64,000 nt of DNA, from contig JAFQQW010000051.1 of NCBI GenBank assembly GCA_017410375.1, positions 102,733-166,732 of the forward strand, written 5' to 3'. Positions 50,112 through 60,765 of this stretch are shown piece after piece. A program made the position numbers and the translations under genes. Under the pieces are notes generated by a model that saw only the letters and a list, made by a program, of their open reading frames with translations, had not been told where the DNA came from and did not search any database. Within the stretch, counting starts at the first letter, position 1. Each line of letters opens with the position of its first letter. The DNA comes from Clostridia bacterium. Lineage in GTDB: Bacteria; Bacillota; Clostridia; RGIG6154.

Positions 50112-51785
50112 TTAATCCTGCTGCGTGCGGATATAGTCCATGGTATTAAAATCGGTTTCACCCGTTTCGGGCAGACCTGCAAGACGTTGTACCGCCTTTA
50201 CGGCACGGACTGTACTTTGGTCGTATGCCGACTGGGGAAATACATCGGGAACAGATTCTTCCGAATAGGACAGCTGACGGATACCGTCATGCAGATGGTA
50301 AATGGGATTGCCGGTGGTTTGCCCTGTGCGTTGCAGTTCTTCATCCCGCATGCCCTCTTTTAACACATAGCCCGGATACTGCAAAGCTTTTGGTGAAACG
50401 GAAGATTGAAAATCCAGATCCTGCTCGACGATCAGACGATAGGTGTTTTCATCCACCACGCCTGTGACGGGTAAATCGTTTGCCCGTTGAAATGTCATAA
50501 CCGCCATGCGGGTTTTCTGTCCGAAATTTCCGGTGACCACCAAGGTCGGAATGAGCGGATATCTGCTTTTTAAGCGGTTTAACTGCTCCTGAAGTTCCTC
50601 TACTGAGCCACCCGTATCCCCCAGCTTTAAAGGAAGCCGTACCGATTCTAAAAAGGTGGTTTCGATTTCTTTGCGCTCATCCTGCAGGATGCCTGCATAC
50701 ACTCTGTAAAGGGTATCCCAGGTATTTGCATCCACCGCTCCGGTTTGCGGTAAATCAAACTGCTTCTGGAACTGCAGAACACTGTTTTCGGTACTCGGAC
50801 CAAAAACACCGTCCACAGCAACCGGTGGCACAGTCGGATAAAAAGCGGCAGCCCAGCTTAGCCAGTATTGCAAAATCCGCACCGAATCGCCTGTATCTCC
50901 CTGTCCGAATCCGCCGGAGGAAGCACCGTTTGCAAACACTTCTGCAGTCATATCTGCAGGATATTTGGGATAGGTGTTCAGCAAAATGCCCTCGGAGGTC
51001 AGCTCGGTTAAATCCTTGATGCCCACATACAAAAACTCTAATTTGTACCAGGTCTGCTTGCCCACCACCCCGTCGGCGGTCAGCCCGAAAATGCTCTGGA
51101 ATTTACGCACCGCCTCTTCGGTTTCTTCATCAAACACGCCGTCTACGGGATAGACTTTGGGAATGGCGGGGTAATTGTCCGAAATGCGGTTTAACAACAC
51201 CTGAATCTGATATACCGCTTCGTTGCTGTCTCCTAAACGCAAGGGTGTGCCGGGATAGGCTTCGGTCAGCATCCCCACCGGTGCATCGTACACAATTTCA
51301 ATATCATCACCGTAATAATACTTTAAAATGTCCAAAACACCGTAATTCTGATTTGCCAGATCCACCGTTCCCCATTGGGATAACCCTTCGCAGGTTACGG
51401 TGGTGCCGTTGCAGAATCGGGTAGAAAGTGGCTCTAAGCGCCCTACCACACGCACATAATTGTTAAACACCTCATCCACAAGGTTGGAAATGTTTTCAAA
51501 AATATTTCTGCCCTCCACATAGCTCTGGTCAATGGAGGTGGAATTGGTGATGTCAAAATTATAGCCCTGCGACCGGTAAAACCGAAGATAAATGCGGTTT
51601 AAGGCAAAGGAGATGATGGCATAAATGTTAGCAAGCAGCGATGCTTCCGGCCAGGTGGGATAAATTTCACTGGAGGCTACATTTTTGATGTAGTCCGGAA
51701 AGGTGACCGTCACATTCTGTGCAGAAGCCTCCGGTCTGCCTAAGTGCACAACAATGGTTTCGGGAACTGTAATTTTATCAGGCAT
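50112..51785 (-). CDS. SpoIID/LytB-domain protein fused to four PG_binding_1 peptidoglycan-binding domains; no signal peptide detected
   Basis: YIKNVASSEIYPTWPEASLLANIYAIISFA and GLSQWGT...ILKYYYG match SpoIID/LytB signatures; four LQxxL...DGVFGxxT...FQ repeats. Confidence 0.65.
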   Translation of the reverse strand: MPDKITVPETIVVHLGRPEASAQNVTVTFPDYIKNVASSEIYPTWPEASLLANIYAIISFALNRIYLRFYRSQGYNFDITNSTSIDQSYVEGRNIFENISNLVDEVFNNYVRVVGRLEPLSTRFCNGTTVTCEGLSQWGTVDLANQNYGVLDILKYYYGDDIEIVYDAPVGMLTEAYPGTPLRLGDSNEAVYQIQVLLNRISDNYPAIPKVYPVDGVFDEETEEAVRKFQSIFGLTADGVVGKQTWYKLEFLYVGIKDLTELTSEGILLNTYPKYPADMTAEVFANGASSGGFGQGDTGDSVRILQYWLSWAAAFYPTVPPVAVDGVFGPSTENSVLQFQKQFDLPQTGAVDANTWDTLYRVYAGILQDERKEIETTFLESVRLPLKLGDTGGSVEELQEQLNRLKSRYPLIPTLVVTGNFGQKTRMAVMTFQRANDLPVTGVVDENTYRLIVEQDLDFQSSVSPKALQYPGYVLKEGMRDEELQRTGQTTGNPIYHLHDGIRQLSYSEESVPDVFPQSAYDQSTVRAVKAVQRLAGLPETGETDFNTMDYIRTQQD

Positions 51786-51803
51786 AGCTTACAAAACTCC
51801 TTT

Positions 51804-52157
51804 CTATAAATTTTGTTGCGTAAAGTCGTAGGTAATGGTACCGCCGCCGCCGTTTTCGGGAACGGGAAGCATCTGTACCTTCTGCAGAGTGGTTTCACCG
51901 GAAAACACCTGCACGTTTTTCAGCTCAATGGTAAAATATCCTTCTTTTTCAAGAGTCATATCAAGCAAAGTAAAGGGATTTACCGCGCCGGGTGATTCAC
52001 TTAAAATTTTATCGGGTGCATCCACGTCGATACTTTGGGTAAAACCATTTTCATCGGTAACAAGGCGCCTGCCGTCCGAAAGGGTGATGACGGTATCCGC
52101 AACGCCAAAGCTTTCCCGACTGACATAGGTTTGTACAATCAGATAACCTTTTTCCAT
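51804..52157 (-). CDS. Small protein with carboxypeptidase-regulatory-like (CarbopepD_reg) beta-sandwich domain, co-transcribed with the SpoIID-domain protein
   Basis: GYLIVQTYV...TLSDGRRLVTDENGF pattern; stop 18 nt before the next start. Confidence 0.45.
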   Translation of the reverse strand: MEKGYLIVQTYVSRESFGVADTVITLSDGRRLVTDENGFTQSIDVDAPDKILSESPGAVNPFTLLDMTLEKEGYFTIELKNVQVFSGETTLQKVQMLPVPENGGGGTITYDFTQQNL

Positions 52158-52294
52158 AAATTAACCTCCAATACAGAAAAAATCATTGACATACGCTGTT
52201 TTTTCTTATAAAATATAAGTAACTACTTTAACACTATGCGTTGCCTCATCTGATTAGAACAGACGGTTATCGCAAAAAAGAAAGGATGATATAC

Positions 52295-52717
52295 ATGTTA
52301 AAAGGGATTCCGAAGATTTTACCTCCCGACTTACTTAAAATTTTAATGGAAATGGGTCACGGCGACGAGATTGTTATCTCGGACGGCAACTTCCCTGCCG
52401 CTTCCATGGCAAAACGTCTGGTACGTTTGGACGGTCATGATGCTATGCCTGTTTTAGAGGCTATTTTAAAGCTGATGCCTTTAGATACCTATGCACAGCC
52501 TGCATACATCATGGCAAAAACCCCCGGTGACACGGTAGAAACGCCCATCTGGGATGCATATCAGGCAGAAATTTCCAAACATTCGGATGCAAAACTCGAG
52601 CAGATTGAGCGCTTTGCATTTTATGATCGGGCAAAAGAGGCTTATGCGGTGGTTTACACCGGTGAATCTGCCCTTTATGCCAACATCATTCTTAAAAAAG
52701 GAGTTATTGCCGAATGA
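52295..52717 (+). CDS. fucU: RbsD/FucU family sugar mutarotase (L-fucose mutarotase-like)
   Basis: MLKGIPKILPPDLLKILMEMGHGDEIVISDGNFPAA nearly canonical FucU N-terminus; RBS AAAGGATGA. Confidence 0.85.
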   Translation: MLKGIPKILPPDLLKILMEMGHGDEIVISDGNFPAASMAKRLVRLDGHDAMPVLEAILKLMPLDTYAQPAYIMAKTPGDTVETPIWDAYQAEISKHSDAKLEQIERFAFYDRAKEAYAVVYTGESALYANIILKKGVIAE

Positions 52718-55700
52718 TTTGCTTGCATACTGCAAAACGAGGTGGCGGCAAAACGGCTTTTTGTCTGAATCAATTGAAAGCGGCTTTGGATGCACATCAA
52801 AAGGCCGCTTTTGTTGTTCCTGAACAGCTGTCTTTGTACATGGAGGGAAAAGTCATTTCCGCAATCGGTGCTGTGGGCGGTCATGTGGAGGTGTTCAGCT
52901 TTAACAGACTGTTCCGCAAACTCTATCGGCTCTCTCACCGGGCAAAGCGCGTATATTTAGACAAAACCGGTAAAAACATGCTGATTAACCGCATTTTAGA
53001 GACGGGCGGCGATGATTTTACTGTTTTCCGCACCAACACAAATTTAAGTGAAGGGTTGGTCTCCGCCCTGTCAGAATTTAAACGTCATTTTGCATCGGGT
53101 GCGCAATTAAGAAAAGCGGCAGAGCAATTCGACACACCTGTATCCCGCAAAAAGTTTTCGGAGCTTGCCGACATTTTAGAGCGGTTTGATGCTTCCCTTT
53201 CGGATGCAAGTGCAGACAGCAATGATGACTTAACTTTGCTTCCCGAGCTTATTTTAAACAGTAATTATACAGATGGTTTTACATTTTATGTGGACGGGTT
53301 TGACGGCTTTACACCGCAGGAGCTTGCGGTGCTTTTGGCGTTGGGTAAAAAGTGTGATGTACACATCATGCTTTCCTTGGAAGAAAACCGCAAATACATT
53401 TTCCGTCCCACCATTGAAACTGCAGACAAAATCCGTCGGGCGTGCAGGACAGAAAACATTGCGCTTACGCAGGATGCGTTGCCTGATTTTAAGGAAAAGC
53501 TACCTGAAGATTTACTGTATTTAAAACAAAACTACGGGGTTTTCGGAAACGGTGCTTTTTCGGGAAGCCCTGAGAATATAAAATTGTTTTCGGCTGAAAA
53601 TCCGTATGCTGAGGCCGATGTGGTGGCACGTCGGATTTTAACTTATGTCAAGCAGGGCTATCGGATGAAGGATATTTTTGTGCTTGTGCCTGATTTGGAA
53701 AGCATGCGTCCCATTATGGAAAAAAGTTTTAGTCAGCACCACATTCCGATGTTTGCGGACAGCAACAAGACCATTTTAGGGCACAGTCTGACACGCCTGC
53801 TGTTAAGCCTTTGCGATATTTTCATTCATTCCTTTTCCATTCAGTCGGTATTCTCGTTTTTAAAAAACGACCTGGTACCGATTCCTGAAAACGAAGTGGA
53901 TGCTTTGGAATATTATGTTTTAGAAACCGGCTTAACCGGAAACGCATGGCAAACTGAATGGACAACCGCACCCGATAAAAGCTATAACCTTTCAGCACTC
54001 AACCGTACAAGAGAAGCGTTTTTAGGCATGGTTATGCCGTTTCGCGAAAAAACGAAGGGCAAAACCACCTGCACGGTTTTTGCAAAGGCACTTTTGGATT
54101 TTTTAAGGGCACTAAAAGTTGATGAAACCATAAACAGAAGCTTAAGCGAGCTTCCGAAAGACCTGATGCAACAGGAAATCGGTGTGTTTAATCAGACCCT
54201 TGCGGTCATCCGACAGTTAGAGCTTACCTTAGGCGATACGGCATTTGGCATCGAAAAGCTCCGTGCCAACTTAAAGGCGGGCTTTAACGGTTGCAGCATC
54301 GGCATTATTCCGCCCACCATTGACCATGTGACCGTAACCACCGCCGAGCGCAACAACTATAACGAAGCTAAAATTCTATTTATTATGGGTGCAACCGAAG
54401 GGGCATTTCCGCAAAATGTTTCAGGCAGTGGTATGATTACCGACAGCGAGCGCGAAACGTTAGAGCAGATGGGCATTATTCTTTCTGCCAGCAACCGTAA
54501 AAAGGCACTTTGCTCGCCCTTTGCGGTGTATATGGCACTCACCGCCCCGTCCGATAAGCTGATTTTGTCCCATTCCGTTTCGGATGTTTCGGGCGAAAGC
54601 AAGCCGGAGGCTTCGGTACTGCATGACCTTAAAAAAATGTTCCCCGATTTAAAGACCGAATCGGAATTTTTGCCCGAAAGCCAAAAGCTGATTACCACGC
54701 CCGAAGCAACACTTGCCCATCTTCTGCTGTGTCAGAAGGAGGATGCGGTGTTGCAGTCGGCATACGGCTGGTATCTGCAGGATGATAAATGGAAAGGCAA
54801 AATCAACCGCTATTTTGCGGCAAAAAAATATGCCACCACCTGGCGCCTTTCGGAGCAATGTGCGCTCTCGCTGTGGGGCAAAACCTTAACAGTTTCTATC
54901 TCAAAACTGGAAAAATTCGCATCCTGTCCCCTTTCGTTCTTTTTAACCTACGGTTTAAAGCTGAAAGAAAGAAAAGTGCATGCGTTTACCCCACCCGAGG
55001 CAGGCACACTTATGCATGCGGTTATGGAAGAGTTTGTAAAGGATGCCATTTTAAACAAAACAGATTTTAAGACACTTACCTTTGAGGACACCAAAAAGAA
55101 AACCCTTGAAATCTGTGAAAGTGTGATGCAACAGCAATTGTCCCTTTTCCCGAGTGTACAGAACCGGTACGCCTTTTTGCTGTCCCGTATTTCCCAGAGT
55201 ACGGTAAATGCCATGTGGTCGGTGGTGCATCATATCAAGTCGGGGGTGTTTACACCCTATGCCACAGAGTTTGCCTTTGAGGGCGAAACCTCACCCGTTA
55301 TAGAAACAGACAACGGCAACACCCTGATTTTAACCGGAAAAATTGACCGTATTGACAAATCGCAAAACGGCTATCGCATTATTGACTACAAATCGGGCGA
55401 AAAGGATTTGGATTTATCCGCAGTTGTATCGGGCAGAAGCTTACAGCTTCCCGTGTACAGCTACGCACTAAAAAACAAGCTCGGCGACCCGAAGGGAATG
55501 TTTTACTTAACGGTGGATGCACCGCTGATTGAACGCGATGCCTCGTTTTCGGCAGACGAGCCGGATGAAAAGCTTTTAAAGGAATTCCGCTTAGAGGGCT
55601 ATCTTGTGGGTGATGAAACAGATGTACTTGCCATGGACGAACGCATTGCAGGGGCATCTACAGTCATTCCTGCGCGCCAGAACAAGGACGGAAGTATCAA

Positions 55701-55971
55701 GAGTCCGCGCATTTTAAGCCCCGAGGAATACGATATCATCGAGCAGGCGGCAATCCGGAATGTAAAAACCTTTGGCGACCGCATTATGAAAGGCGATTAT
55801 CCCGTGCTTCCCTACGCGGAAGAGCGTTTTTCCGCCTGCACCTATTGTCTGTTCCGTTCGGTTTGTCGGTTTGACCCCTATTACTGTCAACCCCGTACCG
55901 AAGAAAAGAGAGACGATGCAACTATTTTAGGAAGGGAGGAACAAGCTGATGGCGAAAGTAAACTGGACTGA
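52714..55971 (+). CDS. addB: ATP-dependent helicase/deoxyribonuclease subunit B (AddB/RexB) with C-terminal Fe-S nuclease
   Basis: C-terminal CTYCLFRSVCRF cysteine cluster; GGGKT Walker-like N-terminus; followed by addA. Confidence 0.9.
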   Translation: MICLHTAKRGGGKTAFCLNQLKAALDAHQKAAFVVPEQLSLYMEGKVISAIGAVGGHVEVFSFNRLFRKLYRLSHRAKRVYLDKTGKNMLINRILETGGDDFTVFRTNTNLSEGLVSALSEFKRHFASGAQLRKAAEQFDTPVSRKKFSELADILERFDASLSDASADSNDDLTLLPELILNSNYTDGFTFYVDGFDGFTPQELAVLLALGKKCDVHIMLSLEENRKYIFRPTIETADKIRRACRTENIALTQDALPDFKEKLPEDLLYLKQNYGVFGNGAFSGSPENIKLFSAENPYAEADVVARRILTYVKQGYRMKDIFVLVPDLESMRPIMEKSFSQHHIPMFADSNKTILGHSLTRLLLSLCDIFIHSFSIQSVFSFLKNDLVPIPENEVDALEYYVLETGLTGNAWQTEWTTAPDKSYNLSALNRTREAFLGMVMPFREKTKGKTTCTVFAKALLDFLRALKVDETINRSLSELPKDLMQQEIGVFNQTLAVIRQLELTLGDTAFGIEKLRANLKAGFNGCSIGIIPPTIDHVTVTTAERNNYNEAKILFIMGATEGAFPQNVSGSGMITDSERETLEQMGIILSASNRKKALCSPFAVYMALTAPSDKLILSHSVSDVSGESKPEASVLHDLKKMFPDLKTESEFLPESQKLITTPEATLAHLLLCQKEDAVLQSAYGWYLQDDKWKGKINRYFAAKKYATTWRLSEQCALSLWGKTLTVSISKLEKFASCPLSFFLTYGLKLKERKVHAFTPPEAGTLMHAVMEEFVKDAILNKTDFKTLTFEDTKKKTLEICESVMQQQLSLFPSVQNRYAFLLSRISQSTVNAMWSVVHHIKSGVFTPYATEFAFEGETSPVIETDNGNTLILTGKIDRIDKSQNGYRIIDYKSGEKDLDLSAVVSGRSLQLPVYSYALKNKLGDPKGMFYLTVDAPLIERDASFSADEPDEKLLKEFRLEGYLVGDETDVLAMDERIAGASTVIPARQNKDGSIKSPRILSPEEYDIIEQAAIRNVKTFGDRIMKGDYPVLPYAEERFSACTYCLFRSVCRFDPYYCQPRTEEKRDDATILGREEQADGESKLD

Positions 55972-58900
55972 GGATCAGCTTTGTGCAATCCGTCATAAAG
56001 AGGGCAACATGCTGGTTGCAGCAGCGGCAGGCTCGGGCAAAACGGCAGTTCTGGTTGAGCGCGTAATTCGTCTTTTAGACGAAACAGACATTGACAAAAT
56101 GCTTGTTGTAACCTTTACCAATGCGGCAGCGGCAAACATGAAGCAGGGCATTCACAAGGCGCTGACCCAAAAGTTAGAGGAAACCGATGATGCGTCTGCC
56201 AAAGAGCATTATGCCCGTCAGCTTTCTCTGCTTCCCGGGGCAAACATTACCACCATGCACGCCTTTTGCTCCAAATTTGTGCGGGAGCATTTTGATGCGT
56301 TAAAGCTTCCGCCTTCCATTGCGTTAGGAGACGTAACCGCCCTTAAGCTGATGCTGAGTGAATCCGCTGATGAAGCGATTGCGCAAAACTTTGAAGAAAA
56401 TGACCCGGATTTTCTGGCATTTGCCAAAGAGACGGTTACCAAAACCAACGACGGCATTTTGTCTGAGATGGTTTTAAAGCTGTATGACTTTTTAATGGCA
56501 CAGCCCGACCCGAAGGGCTTTTTGCGGGACACTTTAGAAACCTACGAAACAAAAAATGCAGAAAAACTGTTAAAAAATCCTGCTCTGGCGGCAAAAATGC
56601 GTATTCTTTGCGACAAGCTGGTGCGTGTAGCAAAGCAAAACATAAGCATTATGCAGGAAGAATATGCCGAATTTATTTATGCGCATGTGTATTTTGAGCA
56701 GGATCTGGATTTTGCCCAAAAAATATATGCCTGCGAAGGAAATCTTGCCACTATAGAGAATTTACTGGACACCGAAAAGCTTCCCTCGGCAAGGCTTGCC
56801 AAAAAGGATGTACCCACCGAAATCTCGGACATTTTTAAAGAGATGCACGGTGTGTTCAAGGCGACTTTGAAAAAGATTGCAGACACGGCGCACGACTATA
56901 ACTTACAATCCCTTACGGAATTTTTAGCGCTACAGACACCGCAAATCCGTGCTCTTTGTAATCTGACAGAAAAAACCATTGCTATTTACACAAAGAAAAA
57001 ACGCGACCTGGATTTGCTGGATTTTGACGATTTAGAGCATCTGACCATTGAATTGCTTTATGAAGACGGCAACCTTTCACCGCTTGCCTATTCTGCGGCA
57101 AAAGGTTTTTCCTATCTGATTGTGGACGAGTATCAGGACACAAACTTAGTACAGGAGACCATTTTAAACGCCCTGTCCTGCGACAGAGACAAGCTGTTTA
57201 TGGTAGGTGACATCAAGCAAAGCATTTACGGCTTCCGTAACACCGCCCCCGATTTGTTTATGCATAAAAGTGAGCGGTACAGTGCAAGCGACGGCGGTTT
57301 GGCTGTGCATTTAAATGCCAATTTCCGCAGTCGCAAATGCGTGCTTCGGTTTGCAAACTTTTTGTTTGCCCAGCTGATGAGCTTAAACTGCGGCGGCAGT
57401 ATGTACGGCGATCAGGAATCCTTAAAGCACAAAGGAAGCTTTCCGGAAACGGATGAAGCTACCGAGTTTTACATTTTAAAAGACCCGCTGTTTTCCAAAA
57501 ATCTTATAGACGGCGAAGCGCTGTTTTGTGCGCAAAAAATCCATGAAATGGTAAAGAGCGGTTTCCTTGTTTCGGAAAAGGACGGCAGTATGCGCCCCGT
57601 CGAATACAGGGATTTTGCCATTTTATCCCGCAGTATGCGCGGTGTGGCACAAACCTTTTACGACACCTTAACCGCCTGCGGTATCCCCGTGTATTGCGAC
57701 GCTTTGGGCGAAAGCTTTTTAGAGAGCATGGAAATTCAAAGCCTTTTGGCTTTCCTTCGTGCCTTTGATAATCCTCTGCAGGACATTTTCCTGCTGTCGG
57801 CGTTTTTAAGCCCGGTATTCGGCACGCCCGACTACGATCTGGTGGTACGCATCCGCCAAACAGCACCGAAAAAAAGCCTTTACCATTGTATGCAACACTA
57901 CCCTGCCACCGAGCCGGGTGCTGAACGGGTACAGGAATTTTTAGCATTTTTACACAAATACAGAAAGCTTGCGCTACGGTTATCGGTTGCGGATTTACTT
58001 TCCGCCTTTTTAACCGAGACCAATTACCGTGCATACATTCTGTCTCTGCACGGCGGTGCGGAGCGTCTTTCCAATGTACGCTACTTAGAAACGCTTGCCT
58101 CGGGCAATTTCCCGGGGGCAGAGACAGGTGGTCTGTATGCGTTTATCAGCTATCTGGAAAAGCATGACACATATAAAAGCGACTTCTCAGGTCCGAAAAT
58201 TCTGCCTGAAAACGCAAATATGGTTCAGCTGACCACCATTCACAAGAGTAAGGGTTTAGAGTACCCCATTGTATTTTTGGTGGCTACGGGAAAAGAATTT
58301 GTACGAAGCAGCGCAGAGCGGATTCATGCCCACAGCCATATCGGCTTTGGTATGCATTATCGGAATGCGCAAAAAAATATGCAGATGCACTCGCCCGTGG
58401 TGAAGCTGATTACCGAAGCAAAGGAAATGGAAGAAAAATCCGAAGAGCTTCGGGTGCTTTATGTTGCCTTAACCCGTGCAAAAGAGAAAACCATTGTGCT
58501 GGGCAGTATAAAAGACGGCAACAGCCGTCCCAAGAAATATGCAAGCTACGCTGAAAGCATACCCGAATCGCAGGTCGCTTTAGATGAGGATGTGATTTTC
58601 TCGGGCAGAAGCTTTTTAGAGTGGATGCTGTATGCTACCGAACGGTATCAGACCTCCGAAAAATACCCCTTAGAGCGTATTTTTGTAAACAAAATTGAAA
58701 TGACTGTTGCAGAGTCTGTTGCGACTTCCGACTTAGAGCCGTTACCGCCTACAGACGAAATCAACAAAGCCTTTTCCTACACATATCCGTATATGGCACA
58801 TGCAAACGTATACTCTAAAGTCAGCGTAACCGAATTGAAACGGATGCTGGAGCAGACCGAAAGTGATACGTATTATCCGTACAAAGGGGATGCACAAAAG

Positions 58901-59419
58901 GTATCCTTTGAAACAGATGATACCGCCAAAAACCGCGGTACACTCACCCACTTTGTTTTAGAAAGACTGGACTTTTCTAATCCCGATGTAGAAAAAACCG
59001 TAGAAACGTTATTGCAAAACGGTGAAATTACGGAAGAGGAAGCCTTTCTTGTGGATAAAGAGGTGTTACGACGTTTTATAAGCACACCGCTCTGTAAGCA
59101 AATCCAACAGGCAGATTTTGTGGAAAAGGAGCTGTCCTTTACCATTTTTGTGGACAGCGCGATGCTAAATCCCGAGGCAAGCGGATGCCCCGTACAGCTT
59201 CAGGGTACCATGGACCTGATTTTTGAGGCAGAGAATGTGCTTTACATTGTGGATTTCAAGACGGACAAAATTACCGATTCGAACCGTCAGCAAAAGATTG
59301 ACTCCTACCGGAAGCAGATTAATTTCTACAAGATGGGGGCAGTAAAGCTATATCCCAAACGGCAGGTAAAAGGAATCTTAGTCTTCTTAAATGAGGAAAA
59401 CGGCATTTATGAAGTATAA
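55949..59419 (+). CDS. addA: ATP-dependent helicase/nuclease subunit A (AddA, UvrD-like)
   Basis: AAAGSGKT Walker A; DEYQDTN; C-terminal PD-(D/E)xK nuclease (MDLIFE...VDFKTD). Confidence 0.9.
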   Translation: MAKVNWTEDQLCAIRHKEGNMLVAAAAGSGKTAVLVERVIRLLDETDIDKMLVVTFTNAAAANMKQGIHKALTQKLEETDDASAKEHYARQLSLLPGANITTMHAFCSKFVREHFDALKLPPSIALGDVTALKLMLSESADEAIAQNFEENDPDFLAFAKETVTKTNDGILSEMVLKLYDFLMAQPDPKGFLRDTLETYETKNAEKLLKNPALAAKMRILCDKLVRVAKQNISIMQEEYAEFIYAHVYFEQDLDFAQKIYACEGNLATIENLLDTEKLPSARLAKKDVPTEISDIFKEMHGVFKATLKKIADTAHDYNLQSLTEFLALQTPQIRALCNLTEKTIAIYTKKKRDLDLLDFDDLEHLTIELLYEDGNLSPLAYSAAKGFSYLIVDEYQDTNLVQETILNALSCDRDKLFMVGDIKQSIYGFRNTAPDLFMHKSERYSASDGGLAVHLNANFRSRKCVLRFANFLFAQLMSLNCGGSMYGDQESLKHKGSFPETDEATEFYILKDPLFSKNLIDGEALFCAQKIHEMVKSGFLVSEKDGSMRPVEYRDFAILSRSMRGVAQTFYDTLTACGIPVYCDALGESFLESMEIQSLLAFLRAFDNPLQDIFLLSAFLSPVFGTPDYDLVVRIRQTAPKKSLYHCMQHYPATEPGAERVQEFLAFLHKYRKLALRLSVADLLSAFLTETNYRAYILSLHGGAERLSNVRYLETLASGNFPGAETGGLYAFISYLEKHDTYKSDFSGPKILPENANMVQLTTIHKSKGLEYPIVFLVATGKEFVRSSAERIHAHSHIGFGMHYRNAQKNMQMHSPVVKLITEAKEMEEKSEELRVLYVALTRAKEKTIVLGSIKDGNSRPKKYASYAESIPESQVALDEDVIFSGRSFLEWMLYATERYQTSEKYPLERIFVNKIEMTVAESVATSDLEPLPPTDEINKAFSYTYPYMAHANVYSKVSVTELKRMLEQTESDTYYPYKGDAQKVSFETDDTAKNRGTLTHFVLERLDFSNPDVEKTVETLLQNGEITEEEAFLVDKEVLRRFISTPLCKQIQQADFVEKELSFTIFVDSAMLNPEASGCPVQLQGTMDLIFEAENVLYIVDFKTDKITDSNRQQKIDSYRKQINFYKMGAVKLYPKRQVKGILVFLNEENGIYEV

Positions 59420-59452
59420 AAAAAGCGTTGTGCATCTGCACAACGCTTTTCC
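59419..59452. terminator. Bidirectional terminator (agcgttgtgca-tc-tgcacaacgct plus T4)
   Basis: 11-bp stem directly after the addA stop. Confidence 0.7.
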
Positions 59453-59460
59453 TTTAACCA

Positions 59461-60747
59461 TTATTTCGCATACAGTTCATATATTCTTAACGCAAATGCA
59501 ACCGCCTGCTCTTTGGTTGCCGTTTCCTGCGGTGCGAAACGATTTTCACCGACACCCTGTGTAATTGCCAGCTTATTCATATAATAAACAGACTCTTTTG
59601 CATAACCCGAAATTTCTGCGTCGTCTGCAAAGCTTTGGGTGCCCGTAATATCCAAGGGATACAAGCTGTCGTTTTCAATCGTATAATTCTCATCACCTGC
59701 AGATTTAATTACTCGACAAAGCATAGTTGCCAGCTGTTCGCGTGTAATCTCGGCGAAAGGATCAAATTCCGTTCCGGACACGCCGGAAACAATAGAAGCG
59801 TTAAAGGCTTTCGTAATATAATCATAATACCGGAAATTTCTCACATCTTCAAACGGATTACCGCCTCTAACCTGATATTCTCTGTTCGTGATTTTTTCCA
59901 GCAAAGTAATTGCGATGCCTGCAAATTCTTCTCTTGTAATATTCCAGGACAAATCATCATAAAGCATTTCCTGTGGCATTAAGCCGATTTCTTTTGCTTT
60001 TTTTACGTTCTCTTTTGCCCAATCCGATGTATTATTTACATTTTCAACTTTTTCGCTATACTTTTGAAGCAACGTTTCCATAGCTTCACTTTTTGTGTAT
60101 GTTTGCTTTGTCGCATCATCAGAATATCCAATACTGCATATCGGCAAATCAACAAACCAATAGACATCGTAAAAACTTTCATCAAAAGTTTTGGCATCAG
60201 AACAGATAAACACGCCGTTATCATATTTGATTACTGTATAAACCTGCTGTCCTTCTGCAACTGGGTTAGAAATAACAAGGCAATCCTCCGCACCGCCGTG
60301 TTGCGCGGGAGCAAAGCACCCTAAATAATCATACAATACTGCATCCGGAAGGTGCGGAAAATGAATAACTGAATTCATCCATGGTGTTCCGACTTTCACT
60401 TTTCCATCCACGATAGAAAAAGCATCCTCTATCCAATAGGTATACCCTACGTATGCAACTTTATCAGGATTCATACTACCAAACGGAATTGGATTGGCCT
60501 CTATATCATAGTATGTAACGGATTGACTATACGAAAACAACTCCGGCACATCGTCTCGGTTTAAATCCGCCATAATCAATCCACTTGTAGTTTGTAATGG
60601 ATTTTCATAGTTTGTGTCCGCATTTTTTGCAAAGTCCATGTAAATTTGTTCGTAATCAATTGTATTATCCGCAAATGCCGTAAATGTGCACATATTTAAT
60701 ATACATGCAATAATAATTATTACCGCACAGATTCTTATATTTTTCAT
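59461..60747 (-). CDS. Secreted cell-surface protein with C-terminal SLH-like repeats
   Basis: Signal peptide; three C-terminal ~55-aa repeats with an F-x-D/WA...ITR-EF/EQ SLH-like pattern. Confidence 0.6.
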   Translation of the reverse strand: MKNIRICAVIIIIACILNMCTFTAFADNTIDYEQIYMDFAKNADTNYENPLQTTSGLIMADLNRDDVPELFSYSQSVTYYDIEANPIPFGSMNPDKVAYVGYTYWIEDAFSIVDGKVKVGTPWMNSVIHFPHLPDAVLYDYLGCFAPAQHGGAEDCLVISNPVAEGQQVYTVIKYDNGVFICSDAKTFDESFYDVYWFVDLPICSIGYSDDATKQTYTKSEAMETLLQKYSEKVENVNNTSDWAKENVKKAKEIGLMPQEMLYDDLSWNITREEFAGIAITLLEKITNREYQVRGGNPFEDVRNFRYYDYITKAFNASIVSGVSGTEFDPFAEITREQLATMLCRVIKSAGDENYTIENDSLYPLDITGTQSFADDAEISGYAKESVYYMNKLAITQGVGENRFAPQETATKEQAVAFALRIYELYAK

Positions 60748-60765
60748 TTTCCTTACCTCTTCTAA

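Noticed and set aside
57504-58034. 176-aa Arg/Cys/Pro-rich ORF antisense within addA
   Set aside because: Shadow ORF within a high-confidence gene
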